Shown: piece after piece, positions 1 to 12,309 of the stretch | Position numbering within the stretch: the first letter of the stretch is position 1 | How the letters are laid out: each line of letters opens with the position of its first letter | NCBI GenBank assembly: GCA_964035545.1 | Contig: OZ037772.1 | Span: forward strand, 3,811,538 to 3,875,537 | Length of the DNA: 64,000 nucleotides | Direction: 5' to 3' | From: Bugula neritina | Taxonomy: Eukaryota > Animalia > Bryozoa | The notes under the pieces: generated by a model | What the model was told of the DNA's origin: nothing | The model's database searches: none | Seen by the model: only the letters and a program-made list of their open reading frames with translations | Program-made: the position numbers and the translations under genes

Positions 1-154
1 ATTATCAAACTTCGGTTTGGGGTTTGGGTTGAAATTCTTACAAAAACACAACTTCTTATGCTACATTTCTAATCTAGAACACAGGCTTTCTCAATTTCTC
101 CATTACTGCACCTACCTTAGTATATATAGAACCTGTAACTAACTAAACAGACAC

Positions 155-307
155 CTCAGTAGTCGTGGCAGACTCTGCCTTCTGTTTAGCCTGCTTAGCT
201 TGAAACTTGGCTAGTTTAGCAGCTTTAGCAGCTTCTTTCTTCAACTCTTTCTCAGATTTCACCTTGACCTCGCCAGTTGGCGCATCACCAGAGTTCACTT
301 ACGACAT
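155..307 (-). pseudogene. Valyl-tRNA synthetase-like first exon with premature stop at codon 3
   Basis: Minus strand reads ATG TCG TAA then VNSGDAPTGEVKVKSEKELKKEAAKAAKLAKFQAKQAKQKAESATTTE, ending at a GAG|GT donor at 155/154. The K-x-K-E-L-K-K-E-x2-K-x2-K-L-x-K-F-x2-K-Q pattern resembles the eukaryotic cytosolic ValRS N-terminal extension (recognised from memory). Confidence 0.55.
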
Positions 308-1287
308 GTCCGTTTATTGTGAGACTTTCCTTAAAACACAATCAGCCGGCATGGAACTAATAGATATCTCAATACTAAACATACAAACTACTGACCCAGT
401 ATAGTTATAGACAGATATCTTAATACTAATAATATAAACTAATGGCTCAGTATTGCGTTAGTTATGCGTGGGGGTTCAGTGATAACACGCCTATAAACCA
501 CACAGTTCAATAATGAAAGACTGTGACTTTTCACGAACAGACATCTCATCTCTGATTCTAATGAAAAATCACGAAATTTTCAGACAAACGATACTGCATT
601 TCAACTTTGTGACTATCACATGATAATAATCATTGTCATTTGAAAGATTCTGCTAAAATCGAAATGCCAATGTTAATCACAAGGTCAACCATAAATGACT
701 CAGTCTGATGACTGACGGTTATGCTTAATGATTAATTAGTAATATGAATAGATTGCAAGTGATCAGCATGATGATGGTGATTATTGCTTTTCACCATCAA
801 AGGTCAAACTTTGTAATTGCAGCTTGAAATGTAAAATTAAAATATTACTTTTATTTAATTAAAAGAGTATAACTTACTATCATAACAACATTCAACTTTA
901 TGTAGTCATTATGAACATGATAATGGTTTACCTTTTACTTTAGATGATAATTATACTATTCACGATTATCATTATGTCTACCATTATGATTATCTCAACT
1001 TTAACTTATCAATTACGATAATTAACCATTTATTTTCAATGATTAAAACTTAAATCATTGAATGAACACTAAAAGTAATTTAAATTCACACTTTTATTAT
1101 CATAACTATGAAATTAATATTAATAGGCATATTTGATTTTTAGATTACAATAATAATTATCAAATCATGGTATAGAATTAAATATTATAGTTAATATTAT
1201 TATAAATATAATTAATATAATTGTAATTATTGAAACTAAAATAGTAAGTTAAACTAAATGAATTATCGACATGAGTGTGAGTATGAG

Positions 1288-1685
1288 TAGGCCACAACTA
1301 GAAGGTGCAGCAGCAATTTGAGATCCCCGTTTGCAAAACCTCATCAAAGATATAGAACAGGTGCAAAATAATTCAATCAGATTCATTGCTAAATTGAAAG
1401 GCAGAGACAGTATCACTGTGGCACGTGACAAACTAAACCTAGAATCTGTCCCCGACAGACGCTTCAAGCTGAGGCACAAGTTACTGTTGCGACTTCTATC
1501 TAATGAGGGAAATCAGGCATCTCTAACCAACTCCTATGAACTGATGAACAGTAAAACCTAAAATACTAGGTTTACTAAGGCATCAAGCAGGGACGATCCT
1601 CCAACCATTTTTGCAAAATCAGCAGCCTACTACAGCAGCTTCTTTCCAAAAACAGCCCGAGAGCTTAAGTCTATGCTAAATAATT
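1288..1685 (+). mobile_element. 5'-truncated non-LTR retrotransposon (CR1/L2-like) ORF2 C-terminal fragment, degenerate
   Basis: RPQLE...*DP...LIKDIEQVQN..IRFI...LNLES..DRR and later YSSFFPKTARELK match the C-terminus downstream of RT in CR1/L2-group LINEs (RPxLEY..VWDP, SFFPRT). In-frame stops are present. Confidence 0.7.
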
Positions 1686-2735
1686 AGTCAATGCACCAGA
1701 GTTGTATATGTGCAACATACTGAAAATACTTGCTAGCCTGTAATCGGCAACTGTAGAGGTGTGCCTCTTGCTACATGCTCTAATGCGTGTAAGAGGTAAG
1801 AGGACTATCAATATGACTATCAATATTAGTAGGAGTACCCAAGTACCAGTAGACATAGTAGCTGTAGAAAGTCTATCCCAATCAGTAACTGTAAGCCGTG
1901 AGGGCTGAGAGTATAACTAGGAATATAAAAAACTATAACTTGAGTATAACTAATTGAAGGTGAGTTAACATAAATTAAAAAATAATAAATATAATTACTA
2001 CAAAATCAAAATGAAATATGCATTATGATTATAAATATTTATATTTTTATTTTATAATAATTTTTTAATTTATTTATATCATTTTATTTAGGTTCATCAC
2101 CTTTCATTATGATTATTGAAATTCATAAATCATATTCATAACGATAATGATAATCACTTGAAAAAAAAATTGATAAACCCATAATCATAATGATTATTAT
2201 TATCATTTATCGCTTATCAGTGATAATCATAATCATAACGATGATCTTGATCATAATCAATATGAATATCAATATCATGTTATACTTATTCAATAATTAT
2301 AATTGATTGATTCTTATTCATATTAATAATGAATAAAAAATTATATTAACACTACAACTTACTTAATTAAATATTAATAATTAGGGTATTTATTACTATT
2401 ACTATTAGTATTACTATTAGTATTACTTACAACTTGCTTATGCAAGAGAATTAAATCTTCAAAGCGTAGCATCCTTTTCAAGCAAAATAAGGATAATAAG
2501 TTTCGTCAAATTGAGTTAAAAACTACAACTAATAAGTCACAAGTATAAAGCAACTCATGCTGATGCTCAGTCATCACTAATCCTAGTGTAGTGGGTACGG
2601 CAAGCATATAGCATAATTTATTTCACAATGCGACAAGATTATCTAGACGGTGCGCTTACGCCTCTCATTGTACTTAAGCAATATCCAATTGTACGGTTTT
2701 TATGACTTTAAAATCCGTTTTTGAGAAGCAAGGCT

Positions 2736-4524
<1,789 letters not shown>

Positions 4525-4978
4525 GCAAGGCTAGATAGAAGCAGTGTGGTATATTAAGAGTGTTGCCATTAGCAAATCTTACGGAATCATATGGGCGCCA
4601 TTATGCCGAGATTGGTACCGCGAGTTTATATAAGTTATAAAGGAAAAATTTTGCCACTTTTGTTATTTTATTTTTTTTCTATTTTATGTGTACATTTTTT
4701 TTTAATTTTTTTATTGGTAAAATTTTTAAACACATTTTTAATGCACATAAAATTAAAAGAAAAATTAAAACTCAATCATGCACATAAATACAAATCTATA
4801 AAGTTAAAGCTTCGCTGTGATTACAATGTGAATATGAATTGAATAATGCTTGCAATAACCATTATACACAAAATACGCTACAGTTGCTATAAATGTAAGA
4901 CTAGTTAATTGGATGCAAATAGGCACGGTAATACTACTTAATTTATGCTATTTTTGAATTTTGTAGTAGATATTTGGC

Positions 4979-5078
<100 letters not shown>

Positions 5079-5287
5079 ATATATATTATATGATATTATA
5101 TATATATAATATATATATAATATAATATATAATATAATGATATATTATATTATTATATTATCTAATATATTATTATAATATATATTATATATAATATTAT
5201 TATACTTATATAATATATATATATATAATATAACAATATATAATATAAAAATATATAATATATTATTATAATATATATATATGTATA

Positions 5288-5363
<76 letters not shown>

Positions 5364-5366
<3 letters not shown>

Positions 5367-5634
5367 AGTGAGGACGTAATACGCGCGTCCCCCGCATTCC
5401 TTCAGCCTATCCAAGTGCGTCACGTGATAGGCCTTAGTTAGTAGTAGTTTTGCAGTAGAGAGAGCGTGCTAACTAAGCGAAGATGTAATCTCTAATCTGT
5501 GTACGAGCTGTATCTTTTATATAATTAGTAGTAAATAAACTTGGAAGCTTTTACCTAAATACTTTATTGGTGTAGATAAATAGACATAATTACAAGCTAG
5601 GAACCCACGCATAGTAGTTACACAAATTACTACA
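5364..5634 (+). repeat. Family A 5' LTR (271 bp)
   Basis: TG...CA with inverted termini TGTAGT/ACTACA. Its first ~57 bp recur at 12669-12725 after the PPT. Confidence 0.9.
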
Positions 5635-5635
5635 G

Positions 5636-5653
5636 TGGTGGCAGCGGTGGGAT
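5636..5653 (+). promoter_or_regulatory. Primer binding site, tRNA-Leu (family A)
   Basis: TGGTGGCAGCGGTGGGAT is the reverse complement of the metazoan tRNA-Leu(AAG/TAG) 3' end ...ATCCCACCGCTGCCACCA. It lies 1 nt after the LTR. Confidence 0.88.
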
Positions 5654-5695
5654 TTCTAGCTACTGTATGAGAACAATGAGAAGTATTAGAACATC

Positions 5696-8600
5696 ATGGA
5701 CGAGGGAGTAACTTCAATGGAAGGAGGTGAGCAGAACATTATTATAGGCCCTCTCGGAGCTGGAGAGGAGGTATATAGGAACATGTTGGAGGTTCCCGTG
5801 TTCACAGGCTGCGAGGATATTGAACAATTCGTTCAAGAATTCCGTGAAACTGCCGCCATTGCAAGATGGCCGCCAAGAGTAACCCTTACAAAACTGCGGA
5901 TGGCACTGACGGGAGAAGCCAAGCCGTACGGGTGGAAGCCTAGCATAAACGGGATCATTGCTACACTACGGGCCCGTTTTGGCATGCCCGTTGCCGTCGC
6001 CAAGTCCAGACTGCGAGGATTACTCCGCAAGACATGTACACCGCTTTCTGACCACGCCACTCTGGTGCAGAGACTGGCACGGACCGCGTATAGCGATCTG
6101 CCAGAAACACACAGACGGCACTACACATTCGAAGCCTTTGTACAGTCTCTCAATTCCTTGGACTTCCACCACCAGTTACAAGCCAAGGGAGTGACCACAA
6201 TTGAGGCTGCAATCCAAGAGAACAAGGCCTACGCTGGAGCCGAACGACTCTATAAGACGGAGGAGGCCACGCCCCAGCCCTCTAGGGAACCAGACCATCC
6301 GGTCCGCATAGCTGCCGCGACCACTAAAACCCCCAGGGAGGCGGAGATAAGCCGCTTGATGACTAGACTGGGAAAATTGGTGGCGACGATAACATACAAC
6401 CACTCAAGGAAGAGTAAGAGGACGGCAGCAAAACCCCCCAGACCCATGATGCGACGCTGGGAAAGCGGCAATCAGGGACACCGCCACCTGAGTGGCCCAC
6501 GGTTCAAACGGCAGCAGAAACCACAACCTCCCCGGAGACCCCCAGAGTTCCGCGGACACACACAGAGAGAAAAACGGGGTGGGTGTCGCCAGGAGCCCGT
6601 ACGGGCCCAGCGACACAACCCCCGTCAATGGCAAACACCTCGCCGTACCAGCCAACCAGGTCGACCACGAGACCCCTTCTCTCTGCCTCTCACCAACCGC
6701 TTCAGTCCGTTACCAGTAATGGAACAGACCAGCGAGGCCCCTCAGGGCATCGGGGAGGATCAGAACACCTCCCCGCAAGGAAACTCTCACCGGCCCCGCA
6801 AACCGCGGAACAAACGGGCACAGCCCCGTTCGGCCGAGACCGAGCACGCTGGGGGAATACGGGTACAACCTCACGGAGGCAGCTACTTCTTGCCAGGGAA
6901 GGTGGCCGGTAAAGCTGTCACCTTCCTGTTAGACTCCGGGTGTACCACTAATATCCTCAGTCGTCGGGTCTTCGACACCCTCCCTCTCAAGGAGAGGGGA
7001 GCCTTAGCTCCCTATACCGGGGAACCGGGCACCCTAGCTGACGGGTCACGGATTCCTTTCTACGGTATCATAGAATTGGCTGGGCGCGTCCGCGACCAAG
7101 CCATTCAGGAAACCTTCGTCATCAGCCCACTGGAGGAAGATGCCATACTAGGGATGCTGTTCTTGAAGAGACACGGGTGCCATATCGACTTTAGCAAGTC
7201 AGCCATGCTAATGGGCGGCAAAGAGCTCACCTGTGTCGACAAGTTCGGTCGTCCTCTAGCGGGAGGTGTGCAGGTAGTACGCAACTGTACTATACCCGGC
7301 CGCTCCCGGGCTACCGTTCACTGCAGAGTGAACAATAGCCAACTCTCGGGGCTAGGGGTTGTCAAAGGTGCGCACTCTAGAATCCAACTCGCCAGCAGTC
7401 TTAACCGGCTGACTGACCGAGGAGAGATCTTGGTGCAGTGTGTCAACCCCTTCTCCGAAGCGGTACAATTACCGTCAGGATCCATGCTGGGTCGCTTCCA
7501 CTCCATCCAGGAGGGGGATGTAGGGCCGTCGCTGGGAGCTGCGACGGAAGGTCCCCAACAGAGCCCGTCAGTTAGGCGGGGGACCGTCCCATCACACGTC
7601 AAAGAGCTATACCAGGCAGCGTGTAACGGCTGCACGGGCAACGTGGAACGCCAGACTATGGCTCAGTTGCTACGTGATTATAGCGACGTGTTCAGCAGTG
7701 GGGACCATGACGTCGGCCTGACCACGGCCGTCCGTCATGAGATACCGCTGGCTGCAGGGACTACCCCTATTCGGCAGCCCACCAGGAGGCTGGGACCCGA
7801 GAAGGAAAAAGAGGTAAGCCAACAAGTCCGGGATCTTTTGGACCGCGGCCTCATCGAACCAGCGCATAGCGCGTGGAGTTCACCGGTCGTTCTGGTCCGA
7901 AAGAAAGACGGCAGTTGGCGGTTCTGTGTGGATTATCGCAAGCTCAATAGCGTGACCATACAGGACGCCTACCCCTTACCCAGGATCGACGAATCTCTGG
8001 ACGCCTTAGCCGGCAGCAAGTACTTCAGTACGCTAGACTTGTTGAGCGGCTATTGGCAGGTCCCCCTCAGCCCAGATGCCCAGGAGAAGGCGGCGTTCAT
8101 CACGCGGGACGGCTTATGGAAGTGGAAAGTCCTCCCCTTCGGACTGACTTCCGCCCCCGCCACGTTCCAGCGGCTCATGGAACAGGTCCTCAGTGGACTC
8201 CACTGGAAGACACTGCTAGTGTACCTCGACGACGTCATCGTGATCTCCCCAGACTTTCAGACGCACGTCAGCCGTCTGCGGGAGGTCTTCGATCGACTCC
8301 GAGGCGCCAATCTGAAGCTCAAACCCTCCAAGTGCGCTCTCTTGCAGCCAGAGGTGAAGTACCTGGGGCACATCGTCGGCCGTCACGGCGTGGCGACGGA
8401 TCCTGAAAAGGTACGAGCTATAGAAGATTGGGTAACCCCCCAGGATTTGACCGGGCTACGGGCTTTCCTGGGGCTGGTAGGGTATTACAGGCAATACATA
8501 CCAGACTTTGCGGGGGTAGCGCAGCCGTTAAACCGGCTCACCGCAAAGGGGGTGACCTGGCAGTGGACTCCCGTCGAACAGAGAGCGTTCGACTGCCTCA

Positions 8601-11155
8601 AAGGCCGCCTGCTGGAGGCCCCTATCCTGGCCTATTCAGACCCTGCCCTGGAGTACATCCTCGATACTGACGCCAGTGACCAAAATGTCGGCGCTGTGCT
8701 GTCCCAGGTGCAGGAGGGCCGCGAAGTAGTCGTGGCCTACTACAGTAAGTCTCTCTCGCCCACTGAACGAAATTACTGCACTACCCGAAAGGAATTGCTG
8801 GCAGTAATCAAGTCGGTGAAGCATTTCAGACCTTATCTATACGGCAGGAAGTTCCGCTTGCGGACCGACCGCGCCTCCTTGATTTGGTTATGTAAGAGAG
8901 CAGAACCGTCCAGCCAAGTCGCCCGATGGCTCGAGGTCCTGGCCGAGTTCTCTTACCGGATCGAACACCGACCCGGTAAGAAACACGGCAATGCTGATGG
9001 ACTGAGCCGGCGACCGGACGAGGGGTGTAAACAGTGCCTCAACATCGAGAAGAGGGACGGAGGTCCTCCAAAATCCGAGTTGAGAGCACTGAACCACTCT
9101 GAAACGGAGTATGACTGGGACCAGGGTCAACTCCTACAGAAGGCCTCTACGCCCCCGGAGGCTATCCAACGCCTCCGTGCCAATCCTGTCTTGGCTGATA
9201 ACGTTAGAGAGCTACGAAGACTCCAGGAGGACCTCCCTGGAGTGGTAGCCGACGTATATCGTGCCAAAAAGGAGGGGCGACGACCCAGTGAAGAACAACT
9301 GCGGCAGGGATGCACCGAGTTACGGTTGTACTGCCAACGTTGGGATTCCCTGCGGATCGGGCCAGATGGTCTGCTGACCATCACAGTGGCTGCTCACAAC
9401 AACCAATACGGCAGACAAAGGGTGATCTGCCCAGCCGCCATACGCCGGGAGTTAGTATGGGACACCCACAAGCAAGCCCACGCCGGGGTGAGCAGGGTTC
9501 TCTCCAAGTTACAACTCCGGTGGTACTGGCCCGGCATGGAGCGTGAGGTGCGGCGTAGAGTCAAACAATGCGAAATCTGCCAGGCCAGCAAGCATGGCCG
9601 TCTCCCTGGTGAAGCGGGACGGCGTCGGCTATATGCTGGAAGGCCATGGCAGATGGTAGCTATCGACCTAGTCGGACCCATGCCCGTCACCCCCAGGGGA
9701 AACAGCTGGATCCTAGTATTAACCGACCACTTTACACGGTGGGCGGATGCCCTGGCTATTCCAGATGCGTCCGCCCCCACGGTGGCCAGGGTGCTGGACC
9801 AAAATGTATTCTGCTATCTTGGACTACCTGAGCAAATACATTCGGACCAGGGGGCTCAATTCCAGTCCCAAATGTTGAGCGACCTCTGCCGCCTCTGGGG
9901 AGTGAACCAAAGCAGGACCACCCCGTACCATCCTCAGGGCAACGGGGTGGTGGAACGCAACAATCGCATGTTGGGCGATGCACTGCGCAGCCTGCTCCTC
10001 GGCCGGGGTCAGGAGGAGTCGGATACGGTACTACCGCAAGTCATGCGGGCCTACCGTAGTACACCACACACCTGTACGGGGGAAACCCCTAACCTCCTGA
10101 TGCTCGGTCGAGAGACACGAGTGCCTGACCACCTCACATACCACATCCCAGAGCAGGACTATACCATCCACGAGTATGCCAGTAAATTGATAGAGGACCT
10201 GAGGGCCGCACACGAAATACTGCGGGCGAAGCAGTGGCAGGTACGGCGAGAGGACTCTCAGGAACCACCCCTCTATCGAACTGGGGACTGGGTGTGGATG
10301 ATCAACTACCGTAGGCGTCGAGGACAAGCGGCTAAGCTCCAGCCTAAGTTTGTGGGACCCTACGTAGTAGTTGAAGCTATGCCCAATCATACGTACAAGT
10401 TGGAGCGATCTGGACAGGTCTCTGTCCAGAACGAAGCCCGCTTGAAACCGTATTGGGCTAGCCCAGGAGCAGCAGGAGCAGCCCCCCCGTTGTTGGAGCC
10501 CAGGAGGCAGACAGTAACGCGTGGGCGGCAACGGCATGGACCAGAATACGAAGTGGTTGTGCCGCGGGGAGAGGACTTAGTGAAGCAGGAGACGCCACTC
10601 CCACCAACGGAAGTGCGCCCACCGCCCCCAGTACCAAGTCTACCCCCACCACTTCCGGTTCCGCATCCGCGTCCGGAAGTGCAAAACCCCCCCGCGGGAG
10701 GGGCTCCATCTGGAGACGACAGCAGAGAGGGGAACACCACCACCAACGGCGGGCCAGAAACACCACAGGTGGAGCAAAATAGCCCACCAGTGAGTACGCC
10801 GCCCCAACCAACAGCTATAACTCCCTCTCCAGCTGATGCGTCACCTCCCCTGGAACGGGGACAGCGTACTAGACAACCCCCAGCATACCTTAAAGACTTC
10901 ATATGTGACCGTGTTACAAACGGCAGTTATGAAAGTCTAGCTGGGCGCCGTACGGAAAGACTGGCAACAAAGCGTGGGAGTTGTGAACACCACGGAAATC
11001 TCAACTTTTGCGAAGGCGGAGTAGTAAACAAAACTACTACGCCCGAGGCAAATAGTTCCAGCCGTGCGCAACAACCACGCTGCCCAGTCTTTTCGTACGC
11101 TGACATTGTCAAGGGAAGACGCATTCAAACTCAATCCACGGACATCCAAGCTTGA
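5696..11155 (+). CDS. Gag-Pol polyprotein (single ORF, 1819 aa): Gag, aspartic protease, RT, RNase H, integrase with GPY/F and Pro-rich tail
   Basis: LLDSGC (PR); FCVDYRKLN, LPFGL, YLDD (RT); DTDAS, ELLAV, NADGLSR (RH); H-x3-H...CEIC, DLVGP, SDQG, VERNNR (IN); KFVGPY. Several conserved residues are substituted relative to family B (TDH->TDR, EEW->EES), so this copy may be defective. Confidence 0.95.
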   Translation: MDEGVTSMEGGEQNIIIGPLGAGEEVYRNMLEVPVFTGCEDIEQFVQEFRETAAIARWPPRVTLTKLRMALTGEAKPYGWKPSINGIIATLRARFGMPVAVAKSRLRGLLRKTCTPLSDHATLVQRLARTAYSDLPETHRRHYTFEAFVQSLNSLDFHHQLQAKGVTTIEAAIQENKAYAGAERLYKTEEATPQPSREPDHPVRIAAATTKTPREAEISRLMTRLGKLVATITYNHSRKSKRTAAKPPRPMMRRWESGNQGHRHLSGPRFKRQQKPQPPRRPPEFRGHTQREKRGGCRQEPVRAQRHNPRQWQTPRRTSQPGRPRDPFSLPLTNRFSPLPVMEQTSEAPQGIGEDQNTSPQGNSHRPRKPRNKRAQPRSAETEHAGGIRVQPHGGSYFLPGKVAGKAVTFLLDSGCTTNILSRRVFDTLPLKERGALAPYTGEPGTLADGSRIPFYGIIELAGRVRDQAIQETFVISPLEEDAILGMLFLKRHGCHIDFSKSAMLMGGKELTCVDKFGRPLAGGVQVVRNCTIPGRSRATVHCRVNNSQLSGLGVVKGAHSRIQLASSLNRLTDRGEILVQCVNPFSEAVQLPSGSMLGRFHSIQEGDVGPSLGAATEGPQQSPSVRRGTVPSHVKELYQAACNGCTGNVERQTMAQLLRDYSDVFSSGDHDVGLTTAVRHEIPLAAGTTPIRQPTRRLGPEKEKEVSQQVRDLLDRGLIEPAHSAWSSPVVLVRKKDGSWRFCVDYRKLNSVTIQDAYPLPRIDESLDALAGSKYFSTLDLLSGYWQVPLSPDAQEKAAFITRDGLWKWKVLPFGLTSAPATFQRLMEQVLSGLHWKTLLVYLDDVIVISPDFQTHVSRLREVFDRLRGANLKLKPSKCALLQPEVKYLGHIVGRHGVATDPEKVRAIEDWVTPQDLTGLRAFLGLVGYYRQYIPDFAGVAQPLNRLTAKGVTWQWTPVEQRAFDCLKGRLLEAPILAYSDPALEYILDTDASDQNVGAVLSQVQEGREVVVAYYSKSLSPTERNYCTTRKELLAVIKSVKHFRPYLYGRKFRLRTDRASLIWLCKRAEPSSQVARWLEVLAEFSYRIEHRPGKKHGNADGLSRRPDEGCKQCLNIEKRDGGPPKSELRALNHSETEYDWDQGQLLQKASTPPEAIQRLRANPVLADNVRELRRLQEDLPGVVADVYRAKKEGRRPSEEQLRQGCTELRLYCQRWDSLRIGPDGLLTITVAAHNNQYGRQRVICPAAIRRELVWDTHKQAHAGVSRVLSKLQLRWYWPGMEREVRRRVKQCEICQASKHGRLPGEAGRRRLYAGRPWQMVAIDLVGPMPVTPRGNSWILVLTDHFTRWADALAIPDASAPTVARVLDQNVFCYLGLPEQIHSDQGAQFQSQMLSDLCRLWGVNQSRTTPYHPQGNGVVERNNRMLGDALRSLLLGRGQEESDTVLPQVMRAYRSTPHTCTGETPNLLMLGRETRVPDHLTYHIPEQDYTIHEYASKLIEDLRAAHEILRAKQWQVRREDSQEPPLYRTGDWVWMINYRRRRGQAAKLQPKFVGPYVVVEAMPNHTYKLERSGQVSVQNEARLKPYWASPGAAGAAPPLLEPRRQTVTRGRQRHGPEYEVVVPRGEDLVKQETPLPPTEVRPPPPVPSLPPPLPVPHPRPEVQNPPAGGAPSGDDSREGNTTTNGGPETPQVEQNSPPVSTPPQPTAITPSPADASPPLERGQRTRQPPAYLKDFICDRVTNGSYESLAGRRTERLATKRGSCEHHGNLNFCEGGVVNKTTTPEANSSSRAQQPRCPVFSYADIVKGRRIQTQSTDIQA

Positions 11156-11220
11156 ACGCTGAGTATGATTACAAATACCGGGTTCTCAGGTAAGCTTGCT
11201 CTGAGCTAACATTTCCACTC

Positions 11221-12309
11221 ATGGAAACCAGTCTACCATCAGTCAGTTCTGATTTAATCGCCTTGATTGAATCACAACTACTGGGGACTGAGTCCTACGT
11301 GAAAGGCGACGAGAACATAAAGATGGCCGACGATCTACTAGATCTGGAGCTTGACACTATGTCTCTCTGTCAGTCTACACGACATGACTCAGTCCCACGA
11401 GTGCTATCTGAAAAGATGTATGACTCTCAGACTAGTAACAGTCGGTTGTCATCAGAATTATGGTGTAAAGATCATATCCGATCTAACAGTAATTCTGCTC
11501 TTTTAGATACCGCTCTCTCTCCTCTATCTGGTGACATGCCGTCACTAGAAATGGCTTGGAACGAGGAACCCGTTCCCACTACTCTTCCGGAGGCACTCCT
11601 ACAACAATCATGCTGGGTTACAACAGATACGGAAACACTGATACGAGAGCACAAAGGAGATGACCAATGCACCACCTGCCGTTTATGCCAGCTTCACTTC
11701 ACTACCCCACGAAGACTCCGAGTTCATATTCCCCAACATTACTTCACCACCTTTTGTCCCTGTGGTGAATATAGTTACCACAGGGACTACATCCTCCGTC
11801 ACCAACGAACCATGGGATGCCATATTGGACACCTATTCGAAGTCGACGAACCCTCCTTTCCACAATTCCTTAATCTCATCCGACCGTTCATATCAGACCC
11901 AGTTCGATATGAACGGCTGCGCCAGGAGTTCCCCGCACCCAGGACCATCACACAAGGACCCTGCCCTAAACCACCCGGATATAGGAAACCCCGCATATCC
12001 CATTCCTCACCCCCCGCACGCACAGTGCCTCGCCCCGACTCTATACCCAGAGTCGTGTTACGACGCATCGATATACCACAGCGATGGCGTCCCTCCCCCC
12101 CTGTCTCCCCAAGGCCGTCTCGTAAGCGGCGTTGGCCATCTTCATCCCCCAATCGACACTCTGCCCCCGCCAGGAATCTAGGCGAGGCAGAAGAGCGGAT
12201 ACGAGAATTAGAGAAAGAGGTGCAAAGACTGACACCGAGAATCTCCGCCGCCGCATCAGAACTCCGGGCCCTCTCTGCCTCTGTAGCCCGAATGAAAGGA
12301 AGTGCTTGA
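11221..12309 (+). CDS. Family A 3' accessory ORF (362 aa): acidic N-terminus, C2H2 + C2HC zinc fingers, basic motif, C-terminal coiled coil
   Basis: CRLC-x12-H-IPQ-H, then CPC-x12-H-x5-C, then RPSRKRR, then heptad helix LGEAEERIRELEKEVQRL. Lies between the pol stop and the PPT. Homologous ORFs occur in both family B copies. Confidence 0.85.
   Translation: METSLPSVSSDLIALIESQLLGTESYVKGDENIKMADDLLDLELDTMSLCQSTRHDSVPRVLSEKMYDSQTSNSRLSSELWCKDHIRSNSNSALLDTALSPLSGDMPSLEMAWNEEPVPTTLPEALLQQSCWVTTDTETLIREHKGDDQCTTCRLCQLHFTTPRRLRVHIPQHYFTTFCPCGEYSYHRDYILRHQRTMGCHIGHLFEVDEPSFPQFLNLIRPFISDPVRYERLRQEFPAPRTITQGPCPKPPGYRKPRISHSSPPARTVPRPDSIPRVVLRRIDIPQRWRPSPPVSPRPSRKRRWPSSSPNRHSAPARNLGEAEERIRELEKEVQRLTPRISAAASELRALSASVARMKGSA

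Noticed and set aside
5833-11149. Numerous antisense and alternate-frame ORFs inside gag-pol (also in B1, B2 and C)
   Set aside because: Expected shadow ORFs in GC-rich coding DNA. Their similarity between copies follows from conservation of the sense frame.
11186-11194. Conserved CAG|GTAAG upstream of the accessory ORF in A and B as a splice signal
   Set aside because: It is a donor, not the acceptor a subgenomic mRNA would need. It is also explained by conserved Pol-frame codons (S/P-G-K).
11221-12309. env gene interpretation of the third ORF
   Set aside because: No signal peptide, fusion peptide or transmembrane anchor; it has zinc fingers and a basic NLS-like motif instead.
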